64,000 bases of DNA from Lophium mytilinum (Eukaryota): the NCBI GenBank assembly GCA_010093605.1, contig MU004184.1, positions 878,801-942,800 on the forward strand. Direction: 5' to 3'. Within the stretch, counting starts at the first letter, position 1, and each line of letters begins with the position of its first letter. Both the position numbers and the translations under genes were made by a program. Shown here piece after piece: positions 52,753 to 64,000 of this stretch. Under the pieces are notes generated by a model, which was given only the letters and a program-made list of their open reading frames with translations, was not told the origin of the DNA and did not search any database.

Positions 52753-54175
52753 GAATTCACTCGCCATACCCGCAGACCAACGTCAGATCTGGTCCCAAGC
52801 TGTCGAGGATGTGGACGAACTGTTTGTCCAAGCGGTCAAGCTCAGTGTCGCAAGTATCCAATTCGCGGTGGTGGTAGCTTAGTGGCCAGCAACGATGAAG
52901 GTCGGCAGCGGAGGAGAGGGGAGGAAGCTGCGCCGCTCGGTAAGAGTCAAAGACCAGGGCGGCCCCAAGGATCCTAGAGGTGCAGTATACACGGTGAATG
53001 GGTCGGCGAAGCTGTCCGTGTAGCGGGCAAGTTCCTGCAGAGCGATGCACATCAGCATTCGTAGCTCCCATCTCAACCCACCTCCAGCACTCTCACCGCC
53101 GCGTCACACTCACCAACAAGTCGAAAGCGGGTCCAGAAGCTCCAATTCACTCTCACCGCCTCTCAGAAGGTTCAATCGACGCGGTAGACGGGTGCAGAGA
53201 AGCGTGTAGCCTCAGCCGTGGAGAAGGAGTCGTTCGCGGGGGACGTAAACAGCGGCGGTTAATTTCCGTATGGCGGGCCCGCGTGTATTTAGTAGACGCC
53301 ACAACAGACGTCGATCCCTTTCATCGAGGGGGGGTTACATGGGCAGAGCAGAAGAATGAAGACGAGGCAAAGGCGGAGAGGTTCATTGAGAAATGCAGCC
53401 TGTTTACCCTCTGGTTGTCATGGATGTTGCTGGCATGTATGGCCTGTTTAAAGGTGCGGCCGGGGTGTCCCTCCTTCTGGCGATGCGGCGAGCCTCCTTC
53501 CTCACTGGTAGAGCAGCAGCTACGAAACGCGTTTTCTTGGCCTCTAAGAAGTGGAGGAACTGTTGCAAATCAAATGGGCAGGTCTGATGCGTCGTTCGCG
53601 TTGCACGGAAGTTCGCCGTTTCAAATTCCCTAAATTCACGAGCATTGGTTCGTCGAGCCTTCTCCGCAAATCACGGGCTCTGATTGGTCGAAAGCAGTTC
53701 CTTGAGTATAATTGCTGCCCAAAAGAGAGCTTCCTTAAACCCCTATAATCCCACACGCAGCTAGATGGTCATAATCATATTCACATGAAGAAGTACAGAG
53801 TCTCGCCCTGGAAACACGATCTCAGTCTCGCGCAAAAAGGGAAGCTGTCGTAGACGCAAAGCACGGGTATCGTCGATTTTCGCTCGCTCTCCAGCACTAC
53901 AGTGCCATGCGTGTTTTCGCTTCATTCTCCCGCCATATCCAGTGAACTGAACCTTTCAAAAACGCCGCCGAACTTGCTTACCCTTGGCTGAGTTTCTTTC
54001 TCCCATTAAAGCAATGCAAAGAATAATATTTCGCGCCGAAAAAATAGCGTCATTGTGTCTGCTGTCCAAAAGCATAGGACAGAAAAGAACGGTCGAGCCA
54101 AAGATGATGAGTATGCCAACCAAAAACGTTGACCAGGATAGGAAAGGCACAAGACTCTCGGATTAGAATGAAGAA

Positions 54176-56833
54176 CTACCGCCTCTTCACAACCTCAGGC
54201 GTAATGTCGCTCTCGTCCTCCTCCTCCACGGGCGCGGGCGTCCTCCTCTCATGCCTCCGCTCCGGCCTCCTCCTCCGATTGAAGCTGATGTTGCTCGCTG
54301 AGTCATCTGGCGCAATCTCACTCCTCCCGTCATCAATTCCATCGTCCGTCTCGCTCTCCCAGCCGCCCCACCCAGCCGCTGACGCCGGCGTGCCCAGCCT
54401 GACCTCGATGCCGTCAGTCATGGAACCACGGCGCGCCTGCGCAGCCATGGCGAGACCAGCGCTGCGTTCGCGGAGGTTGCGCCGAACTGTCTCGGCTTTG
54501 CAATGGAGAGCCTCGAAGGCGTTTTCGAGAGTTTCCATGCCGAGGTAGATTTCGCGCTCCACTTCAGCGAGGACTGCGATTTCCGTCTCTTCGTCCATTT
54601 GGACGGGTGCGCCGAAGGAGGATGACCCCGGGGTCCCGGACATGCCGCGATTTGGGCTAAAGGGAGTGGGGCCGCGAGATGGGCCTCGAGATGGCATGCC
54701 GGCCGCACTGAATGGTGTCGTGGTCCGAGAAAGGGGTGTTGGTCCTCTTGAAGGGCCTCGCGACATAGGGGTTCCAAAGGAGGGAAATGCGTTCTCTGCA
54801 CCGGACCATAGGAATCCGTCGAACCGTCCTGATACTAGAATCTCCCACTCACCAGCGCTGACAGCAGCTAGAGTAGCCAAGACACTATGAATCTCCGGGT
54901 TTTTAAGGAGATACATGGTACATTCCGGATCCCGGGGTGGCTTATCTAAGCGATAGAGTCTCTGAAGAGCCAGCGAGGTCTTTGCCAGTACTTCAGTGCT
55001 GACCTTGGCCAACGGAGTCTGCGCTCGTGACGCAGGCAACGTCGACATTCCTTTGTAAAGAGCCGTGAACAGTGGTCTTTTCTGGGGCTCGAGATGTGTG
55101 AGCATCGCAAAAAGCAACGTTTCATCGTCGACCTCTTGTGGCGGACTTGAAGCCTCCTCGGGTTGTGCTGAAAGCCAGTTCTGGACAGCCGTTTTGGTCT
55201 TCTTACTTTGCCGCACATAGTGCTCCCGATATTCTTCTGGTACGTCAATATCCAGCTTTTGCATTGGGGCCTCCTGTTCCATATCGGCGATACCCAGTCC
55301 GGAAGCTGCAATTGAAAAAGGGGGCCAGGGGGGTAGTTCTCGGCGTCCAGACACATACTCCAGGATCTCGCCCCAGCTAACACCGGTCTCTTCGTCCGAT
55401 GGGTCCTGCATTGCCAGCGGCAGGCACATGATGCATTGGCAGCTTTCCGAGGATATGTTGCGGGCAAACACAGCCTCTAGTCGGTCTAGCAGCCTGCGTG
55501 CTACTGAACGATACCCGGTGGCGACAGCGATTGATCCATGCTTTGAGATGACTTGATTGTAGCTTTCCAACAAACTTTGGAAAGGGGCAAATATACTTCG
55601 AACATCGGTGTTCTGCGAGGCTGGCACTCTGGGCGAGGTGTACTGCTGATACGCCGACACGGGTGACGAAGTAGCGACAGCTGACAGGAGACTCCGTGGG
55701 ACTGGATGTGGGAGGCCGCCATGCTGCAGCAAGTAGTCGACTCGCGGCGCATCTGCATTCATGACTGGAGGAGGTGGCGGCGGTGGTGGCGTGAGTGGGG
55801 AGTCCATGTACATGGAATCTACGGACTGAGATCTGGAGATAGGGTCGTTGAATATTTCTATCATCGGATTACTCTTCTGGGTGGTCACAGGCGGGAAATC
55901 TGCATCTCTCGGTGTTGGGGTTCGTGGAGATGAATCGACGACTGATGGGGACGATTCTGTAGTGGACAAGGGTGTGGGCCGAGAGGGAGCCCTCTGGACA
56001 GGTGCAATTGACGTGGCATCGGAGTCTGTAGACTGAGTGACGACAGAAACAACATGCGATCCAGCAGATGCGGTACGACCTGGTGGTCTGGTATTTGGAC
56101 TGATAGGTCTTGGAGCAGGTGGTGCCAGGTGTGCTGCCTTGTCTTGTTTGATCGTGCTTGTCCTCGACCGTTCCGTAGTGGACGTTATATCCGTCGCATC
56201 ATCCATCTCTGTGCTCTGCCGTAAGCTTGACCTGGACGCCGAGAACTTTGGGCCTGGACCTGGTCCTGGTGTCAGTCGAGACGAGCTATCAGCACTCCTT
56301 CTCCCGCTTTCCGGCCCATGATGTCCTGTGTGCGCGGCCATTCGTATGCTACTCCCGCTCTCGGGCCGCCTCAGTTCTGGACCAGCTTCCGTCGCGGTGA
56401 GAGGAGGGCTCGGTGGTGCCCTATTCGGGGCTGCTGGATGTGTCTCCTCCCTTTCGTCCTTGTCCTCAGCATCCTGGCTAAGATCGGTGGGATTTGGTGT
56501 GAATGGAGACTTCCGTGCGTCGGCCACGTTCTCTTTGCTGTGGACCGCTTCCTTGGAGTGCTCCTTGCTGAAGGACGGGTACGGCAAGCTGGTCTTGGAA
56601 CCGTACGGCGAGGAGAGGGCTTCCCGTCTCTCCATCTCAGGTACAATAGACATCTTGCGCGAGGAGTGGGAGGTACGGGAGGCCGATTTGCGGGTGCGCT
56701 CGCGAGTAGGATTGTCGGGATCTTTGGAGGACGTCTTCTTTCGGCGCCGGGGCTCTTCACCGTCGCGATCTTTGTCCTTGGAAGAGCTGGACGAGGCCTT
56801 CTTGCGTCGCCGGGGCTCTAGTATGCTGGACAT
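54176..56833 (-). CDS. Conserved-looking fungal hypothetical protein (disordered N-half, globular core, coiled-coil C-terminus)
   Basis: Intronless 885-aa ORF with PRVDYLLQHGGL, ATGYRSVARRLLDRLEAVFAR, CQCIMC, WEILVSGRFDGFLWSG, LAEVEREIYLGME. Confidence 0.8.
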   Translation of the reverse strand: MSSILEPRRRKKASSSSSKDKDRDGEEPRRRKKTSSKDPDNPTRERTRKSASRTSHSSRKMSIVPEMERREALSSPYGSKTSLPYPSFSKEHSKEAVHSKENVADARKSPFTPNPTDLSQDAEDKDEREETHPAAPNRAPPSPPLTATEAGPELRRPESGSSIRMAAHTGHHGPESGRRSADSSSRLTPGPGPGPKFSASRSSLRQSTEMDDATDITSTTERSRTSTIKQDKAAHLAPPAPRPISPNTRPPGRTASAGSHVVSVVTQSTDSDATSIAPVQRAPSRPTPLSTTESSPSVVDSSPRTPTPRDADFPPVTTQKSNPMIEIFNDPISRSQSVDSMYMDSPLTPPPPPPPPVMNADAPRVDYLLQHGGLPHPVPRSLLSAVATSSPVSAYQQYTSPRVPASQNTDVRSIFAPFQSLLESYNQVISKHGSIAVATGYRSVARRLLDRLEAVFARNISSESCQCIMCLPLAMQDPSDEETGVSWGEILEYVSGRRELPPWPPFSIAASGLGIADMEQEAPMQKLDIDVPEEYREHYVRQSKKTKTAVQNWLSAQPEEASSPPQEVDDETLLFAMLTHLEPQKRPLFTALYKGMSTLPASRAQTPLAKVSTEVLAKTSLALQRLYRLDKPPRDPECTMYLLKNPEIHSVLATLAAVSAGEWEILVSGRFDGFLWSGAENAFPSFGTPMSRGPSRGPTPLSRTTTPFSAAGMPSRGPSRGPTPFSPNRGMSGTPGSSSFGAPVQMDEETEIAVLAEVEREIYLGMETLENAFEALHCKAETVRRNLRERSAGLAMAAQARRGSMTDGIEVRLGTPASAAGWGGWESETDDGIDDGRSEIAPDDSASNISFNRRRRPERRHERRTPAPVEEEDESDITPEVVKRR

Positions 56834-57602
56834 GTCTTCGCCACGGAGAGAGAGACAGGGCCTAGTGCTACCAGGTTTGGAGTAGAGAGTGTAGGGCGCG
56901 AGCGGCTATTCTGCGGCCTACTGACGTGTTCCCGTGGAGAGATCTTTGCCAAGGATAAATCATCCGTGCCCCTAATATCTTACGATTACATAGTATATAT
57001 CCCTTGACCATTGCTTCGCGGCACCAAATCCATGCCTTTGCACTTCTCGTCAAGTTACTCGTCTCTTCGGGTGCGGCAGTTTCAAACAAGAAGTCGGGAC
57101 GGACACAAAAGACACGGCACAGACGCCAACACTCCGGCGGCATCTTACTTCAATGATTGGGCAGCCACACTGACCCCGCGCCGCAGTGATGCATTCACGG
57201 CAGCAAGCTAGCAGGTCCAAGGCGGTTGGAAGAGTTCCCGGAGTATACTAAATTTATGCTCTGTACCAATTGGAGCTTCACACACGCTAGCTAGGTAAGC
57301 TCAGGCTCATGTAGGCATATGTCTCTTTGGACTTTGAAATTGCATATCGTGGTATGTAGGTATGTATGTACTGTGAACTCGCATTGGCTGGGGATATCTC
57401 AATTACTCTTCCTGTTTTACACCTACGAAGTCCTACAATCCGTAACTATTCCAATGCCCAAACGCACAAGCGTCTTCATTACTGCCCAAGATCTATATCA
57501 GCGCAACTATCCGTGCAAAACAGATTCGTGCAGGATAAAGACTAGGCTTGAGGTTGGGCTCGTTGTCTCCCTCGAAATATGGTGATCAAACACAAGAGCT
57601 TC

Positions 57603-60600
57603 TCAATGGTGTGGTGACCGGTAGACAGCTTGCTGTTGCTGAGGCGGAATACCACTCATCATCTCGGCCGTTGTGCCAAAAGGCGGGCCGGCCAGAAAGC
57701 CCCTAGGTGAAGGGAGCGTCGTTCGTAGGTTGAGAGAAGAGCGGCCGACGTCTTGTTGCGGCCTGTGCGGAGCAGGGTGAAATCCAGCATAACCATTCGA
57801 CGATTCCTCCTGGCGCTGCTCCCGAAGCTTGACCGGGCATTTTTTCAGATGGTTCGTGAAGCCTGTTCCTTTTGCGCACATCTTCGTGCAAAAGTCGCAG
57901 ATGACCTTCTCGCCACTCGGAGTCATTTTGACCTCATGGTATCGTCCTTCCTGATACTTCTTCTCGATGATAGGCTCTAGATCGCTCCTAGAGCGATCTT
58001 CGGTCGACGGCTTGGTTCGTAACCTCCTTTCTGGGGCTTTCTTAGATATGTCGTCTTTGCTAGTCACTTTGCGCGACTCCGGGTTGCTGGCTTCCTGGTA
58101 TGGCGACCACGAGGCATCGCTCTGGCTATCTTGGCTCTTGTTCGACCTTAGGGACTGACGTGGGGAACCCTTTGCTGGATATCTGCGTTGCGACTTAGAG
58201 CGAGAATTTGTTGACGCTGCTTTTGTTGCTGACCTTCAATTATGGTTAGAGTAAATCTCATAACAAAGTTGCCCACGTGCGGCCCACCTCATTATGTCCG
58301 TCTCAGCCGGCTTCGTCTTTCCCGTTACATGGTCCCAATCCATTCCACGCTGAAGCCATCGCCACTTCAAGAACCTCCGGAGGTCGGGGTGTCGGGGGCG
58401 TACTAGTTGCCAATCGTCGCAACAAAAGATCCGAAAGCAATCGCGAGCATAGTCTGAAATTTTACCATCCCAAAAAGAGCGTTCCTTGCCTTTTTCGTAG
58501 AAGCCATCGTAGAGTTTCATGTCCTTGGTGTACACCTTTTTAGAAAAGTGCGCCCATTCATCGTCACCTGGCCAGGCACGCGTCTTGATGTCATCGGACA
58601 AGAATCCATCACTGATCCAAACCTTGGCCAGCACTACCAACGCCTCGGCGCGGATAACGTTATCAGCAAGCGGTTTGACGAGGTCAACGAGTTCGCCGTG
58701 CTTGATGCTTTCGCCGTGTTTAGCTCTGTGCTCCGCCCCCGAAGAGCGCCCTGCATAGCACACGTTTGCTATGGAAAGATCGTCAGGTTTTGGGAACATC
58801 TTCACAACATCCCGGAAGGTGGACTCTGCGATGTCCTTGGGGGCTTTCCAGGTTAATACGGCGGCAACAAGAACGTAGAACGGATCGCTGCGCAAATCCT
58901 CAAATATAAGACCGAATCTTTTCGATGATAAAGCCGGAATGTGAACAGTTCGTCGGTTGGCATTCGAATTCAAGAGGTCGTGCTCGGACTTGGTCGCTGC
59001 TTGGAGCTTTTGCTTCGGAACCCACCCAGAATATGATGTGTCCGTACCGGATGTCGAATCCAATTCCATGTCCGTGTATTGAAGACGAGATGTTCTTCTG
59101 CTATTTCGTTTCGAGGTACTCCTCGGCTCCAGCATAGTCGTAGGAGGCCGAGCCTGAACCTCTTCTTGGTGGTCCATAGGCGACATAGACCTTGATGTCC
59201 GCTTCGGATCTAAGCTCAAGCTCCTTGATCGCTTCTTAGCCCAGCCATCATCCGCAGACGTGCTTTCGAGCCGCTGGGCGTTCATCTCTAGTTGTTCTAT
59301 TAATGAGAAGTCCGTTTCCTGGTCTCCGTCCACTTCCGTCTCTGGCGAAGTAGAGCCCGGCACGTCCTCATCCGGAGGATCTTGACTGAGTGTTGTGTCT
59401 TCAGTGATTATGTTTTTAGGCTCCCCATCCGTGCTCGTAGGTTTAGTAGCGCTCGTGGGTTTAGTTGCGCTCGTAGATTCAGTAGCGCTCGTAGGTTCAG
59501 TAGCGCTTGGGGACTGTCCGGGCTCAGGGCTTGGAGACCGGCCAGCCAATGCAATATCTAAGTCCGAAGTGCTGTGTGTTAAGACGCTTTGTTCCTTCAC
59601 CGGCAGTGTTTCCTTTGGTGGTGGTGCTTCGATTTCTTCTTCCTCGGCGCCTACGAGAAGGAGGACTTCGGCATCTTCGACACCCGCTGGGGACATTGGG
59701 TCGGCAAGAGGGAGTTCGACGACCTCCATGTAGCCTTCGTTACTCATCTCGGGAAACTCTTCCTCATAGGCCTCATAGTAGTCGTCCGGCTGGTGATAGG
59801 GCTCCAAGTCCTCAAGAGACGTATATGTTGCAATTTGCCTCCTGTCTGACTCCGGAGTCGCCGGGACACAGAGCATATCTCCAGTTTCTTGGTCGAAGCC
59901 ACCGAAAAAGGACGCCAGGTCTTGCTCTGGCTCCTCAGCGGATACTGCTGAGCCGGGTCCGTTCGCTAGCGTACCAGAAGCTAAGGGAGAGGAAAAGTTA
60001 TATAATGATGGAGCTACGACGTTCGACGGCGGAGACAGAGCGTCACCTAACTCAACTGACGGTTCTCGTGTCGTTGACTGCGGACTTGCAGGTCTACTGG
60101 GCTCGGCGATAGATGACTCAGCCAAAGGATGTTCCCGCAGCATAATTTGGCGTCCTTCAGAGAAAGTAGCCAAAGTTTGGGCGGGCTGCTCCTTGGTCTC
60201 GGACCACGCTTCCAAAAAGTTCTCGACTTTGGCCACATCAGTTCTTGATATGCCTTCCCCCACTGATCGGGATGAAAGATCCGGATACGGGCCCCGTGCG
60301 CGCTTGGGGATCCTGGAGGGCTCTGGTTCCTCGTTCTTGCGCTTTGGCCCTTGGGGTTCCGTTATCGTCGTGGTGATCGAAACCTGATGAAAATGCAGGT
60401 GGACTGTGGGAGACTGTTTCTCAGCCACATCGGCGGCGTCCTGCTCCGTAGCATCATCCTCCGTAGCCCGCTTTGCCAAATGCTTCCTTTCGGCTCGCGC
60501 TTCCTTTCTTGCCTTTTTCTCGGCCCTCTCCTGTCTCCTTTTTCTCTTCTCTTGTTTCCTCTTCGCCTTCTCAGCTATCCTTGCTTCGTCTTTCTGTTTC

Positions 60601-61178
60601 CTCTTTGCCTCCCGCGCAGCGTTGTCCCGTATTCTAGCGTCTTCCTCTTCCTTCTTGATCTGCTCCTGCCGCTGTTCCTCAAGTCTCTGCGCCTCCTCAC
60701 GCTCCCTATCCTCCTTCGCCTTCTCCGTCGCCTCATGCTTCCTATCCTCCTTCGCCTTCGCCTTCTCCACGGCTTCTGCCGCCTCCGCCTTAGCAAAGCA
60801 CTCCTTGCGCGCCTCCAAGTCCCGCCTCTTAATCCACTTCGTAAATTTTTTCACGCCCCACCCCTTAGGGTTCGCATACCTACGAAGCTTCTTAATACTA
60901 GCTTTGGTGAGCGACCACTCTTTCTGCTCATTCCACATCCCCTTGAACAGCTTCTTGATCTGCTCCGGGTCCTCATTCGCGAGCTTTTCAAGATACACCC
61001 GATGCGCCTGTCTGTCGCCGGCCGGTTTGTAGCAATCATAGAGCTGCCGCCGATTGTGTAGGTGCAGCGCGAAGACCTCCGGGAGTAGGTGGCGGGTGCG
61101 TTGATACGTTGGGTCGTACGCTGGGATTGGCACGCCTTCCTGGCCTGAGGCTCCGCTGGCGGGGTGTGTGCGAGGCAT
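57603..61178 (-). CDS. Divergent MBD4-like HhH-GPD DNA glycosylase with long N-terminal region and probable C-terminal C2HC zinc finger
   Basis: FGLIFEDLRSDPFYVLVAAVL..FPKPDDL, YARDCFRIFC, W..VRP....LRRFLKWRW..GMDWDHVTG resemble the MBD4 catalytic domain. A putative intron at 58234-58287 removes the TGA at 58236-58238 and joins the in-frame exon ending at 57603 (CDFC..NHLKKC). Confidence 0.7.
59430..59507 (-). repeat. 18-bp coding tandem repeat x4 (TSATEP/TSATES/TSATKP)
   Basis: Repeated GTAGCGCTCGTAGGTT-like unit, translated PSATEPTSATESTSATKPTSATKPTST. Confidence 0.85.
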
Positions 61179-62597
61179 GACGCCGGTCTTGGGGGGGATT
61201 CGAAGCGTTTGCTAGTGAAAACATCGTCAGATCACACTCATCGTTCATTGATGTCGGCGAAAGGGTGGGAGGGCGAGAGGGAGGGGAGCAATGCATACGT
61301 GAAGTTGGCTGTCGTGACGCGATGAGCTCGGTGCACAAGCTTCCAGCTAGGGCAATAGAATTGACGAAGGTGGAACACCGAAGAAGAGGCCGTGTACTGG
61401 AGCCAGAGTGGGACAGCTCTGGCTCATAAAGCGAGGCATTGGGGGGTGTGCGGCGGTGGGGGAGGAGGAACGGCGCACGCGTGAAATGTTGTGGAACAGG
61501 AAATCGTGGATGGCTCGGGCCGTGTGATAACTAGCGCGTCGAGGGGTTGGTGCGAACACTGATGAGATGGAAATCCTCCGAGTCTTCACCACCACGTTTC
61601 CTCGCGGAGCATCCAAACTTTACAGGAATTGACCCTTCGTTGCCACGGATGCCTTAAGTTGAAGGCTAGCAGACGACGATTCAAGCTGGAGTGGCCAGAG
61701 AATCTTTCATTTCGTACCACGGTACCAACGCTGCACCTATCCACTTCTCCGCACCTGAAGCCAATAAGCTTGTCGATGTCGCAAACGAATGTGATATGGG
61801 CGCGGCGGGCTGCATCAATGCCCGTAATTTCTTTCTTCGTTTTGATTCTTCGTTTCAGAGAAGCGGAAATATGACACGTCTCTTCTTCACAGGCTCGAAT
61901 CTACCTCGTGCTGATGAACGTCTCTCACTATTTGAGGTACCCCGCAAAGCTATCAGCTTTATCGAAATTGTCCTTTTCAAAAAAATTATAACGTGTTAGA
62001 GGATCTCAAGCGATGTACAGAAAGCCCAGAGACAGTATTTCACCCGAGTTTTCTGCTGCAGTTCATATCACTCATCGCTTTCTATTAGTTGCCGCCCTGT
62101 CGATAACGTAGGTAGAGCGAAATGTGACGGAAACGCGGGGCCATGAATAAGATGGCACACTCTTAGTCTGCTTCTCGTCTTTGCATCGAATGGCAACAAA
62201 ACTTCATGCAAAGCGAGCACACGAAGCATTCTGCCGCGTGTTCCACTGCTTGAACCGCTTCGACATGTTTCCCCTTAGCTTAAAGCACAGAGTTTCTATC
62301 TCGTTTGTCTTTTAAAATTATATTGAAGCTATACGTAGCGGAAGGTAGGTACACAAGATAAAAAACTTGCTGAGTACCTACGTTTTCCATGCCCACCGCG
62401 ACGGGTAAGGGTATACTTCGTACTACTATTTTCATCGTGCTACATTCAGTGAGGGTATGCAACGGACAATGGGATATGGTTTGAACAGAAGATGAAACAC
62501 GCGGAATAGAATACGTGATAGTTGAGAAATAAGATTCGTCATAATATATATCCAACACCGAAAAACACCCTAACACTCCCACCACCAAAACCCCTCC

Positions 62598-63778
62598 TCA
62601 AACTAGGTCACTCAACACACCTCCACCCCCCTCCCCCACCTCCTCCTCATCCTCCTCCCCCTCCGTCCTCTCCCCATCCCCAAACACGGGCCGAAACACC
62701 CCATCATAACTCCTCCACACCCCATTAAACACCACCGCAAACATCCCCACCACCCACCGCGGACTCCGCCCCTTCTCATCCTTAAACCGCTCCTGCAACA
62801 CAAACATAAACGCCAAAATCGGCATCCACACATTCAAAAACACCGCCCGCCCCACCTCCTGCCTCTTTCTCGTAATCGTATACGTCCGGATCCCCTGCAA
62901 GTACTCCAAATACTCCCCCGGCAAGCCCCGCTCCACCGCCCCGTCCGTGATGAGCTTCAGGTAGCGCGCGGAGGGCTGCGCGTACGACGGGTCCGGGCGG
63001 AAGAGGCGGTCGCCGTCGTCGCGCTCGGCGGAGTCCGGGTCTGGGGCGGGCGCGAAGAGCGTGTGTGCGCGGAAGGGGGGTGTGGAGGGGGAGGTGGGGA
63101 CGCAGGGGGTTGAGGGGGCGAGTGGGTGGCAGGCGACGACGATGTCGTGGTAGCCGGCGCCGCCGCCTTCGGTGGCGATGATGTGGGCGTAGTCGGTTAG
63201 GGAGACCTCGTAGACGGTGCCGACGAGGGGTTTCTTCCAGTGGTCTTTGTGGTAGTCGCGGGTGGGAGAGAGGGAGGGGGTGCGGACGCGGCGGGCGGTG
63301 TTGGCGAAGCAAGGCTCGTTGTAGGGGATGCCGGGGAGGTCGAAGGTTAAGCGGAGGGAGGGCTGGGGGAGGGGGATTAGTATAGGTGGGTGAGATGAGG
63401 GAGGGCGAGCGGAGAGCGTACGACTAGGACGTTGAGTTGGGAGAGGGGTTTTATGCCGCGTCTTCCCAGAAAGGTTTCATCGCAAAGGTTGGAGCCGTAG
63501 GCTAGGTATAGAACTGTTGTTCTTTTTTCATTCTGTTCTGGTATATATTGGGATGTAAAGGTATCGAGGTTATATGGCTCCTCCGTCATGGAGCTGTCCA
63601 GGCGGTCTTGGGACGGAGCCGGGAGCTTCGGGGCGGGCGACACATGGTGAGGTTGTTTCCGGGAGTACTGATATTCGTTGTAGAGGTTTTGAAGCACTGC
63701 GTACTTCTGAGCCGACGTTGGATAGAATGCTCGTCGGTCGAGGTTGGAGGTGGTATGTGCTTCCAGGCGTGATGACAT
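62598..63778 (-). CDS. Gamma-glutamyl cyclotransferase, GliK-like
   Basis: TVLYLAYGSNL..TFLGRRGIKPLSQLNV, LTFDLPGIPYNEPCFAN, WKKPLVGTVYEV..DYAHIIATEGGG, AQPSARYLKL, VFGDGERT. One intron at ~63363-63421. Start is 63778 or 63589. Confidence 0.85.
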
Positions 63779-64000
63779 GGTTGTTCTTACGTGCTCAAGA
63801 CGTCCTACCCACAAGGTTTAAAGCTATTGGATGCTCTAGAAATAAGCTATATCTTGGTATTTAGACGTCTGATATTGTATAAGAACGACGGAAATTGATT
63901 TTGGTTGTAGAAGGGTTCAAGGAGTCTTTGAATGCGGAGAAATACACTACTACGAAGTACATCCTATCAAGACCCTGATTTCTCATCCACGGAGGTTCCC

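Noticed and set aside
53088..53160. CACTCTCACCGCC repeated twice 60 bp apart upstream of the Ste20 kinase
   Set aside because: Only two 13-mers with no further structure, too weak to call a regulatory element.
60351..61061. Long + strand ORFs rich in Leu/Phe/Ser
   Set aside because: Antisense of the Lys/Glu/Arg coiled-coil region of the MBD4-like gene.

Overview
Gene-dense, intron-containing genomic DNA from a filamentous ascomycete (Pezizomycotina; Dothideomycete-like by inference), with short GT-AG introns and CTRAC branch sites. About 22 protein-coding genes, in order: truncated AAA ATPase, ornithine aminotransferase, ER DnaJ (Erj5-like), Yip3/PRA1 plus a tightly abutting downstream ORF, histidine phosphatase, F-box/LRR, Chk2 kinase, CYP51, a membrane protein, Tps3, GH79, a 14-TMS MFS efflux pump, Pch2, an OSCA/CSC1 channel, two more F-box genes, an MDR oxidoreductase, Prp28, a hypothetical protein, a GCK-III Ste20 kinase, a conserved hypothetical protein, an MBD4-like glycosylase and a GliK-like cyclotransferase. 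No rRNA, tRNA, CRISPR or PKS/NRPS was recognised. Best leads: (1) Yip3 ends in a U-run plus hairpin that overlaps a long -1-frame ORF starting 26 nt after its stop, a candidate frameshift or dicistronic unit; (2) a divergent MBD4-like glycosylase that probably splices onto a C2HC zinc finger; (3) a Tc1-like MITE family with three copies in the window and RIP-like decay; (4) a CYP51 with a GC-AG intron, a DYGWG variant and an upstream tandem duplication. Exon boundaries were read by eye and no database searches were run.
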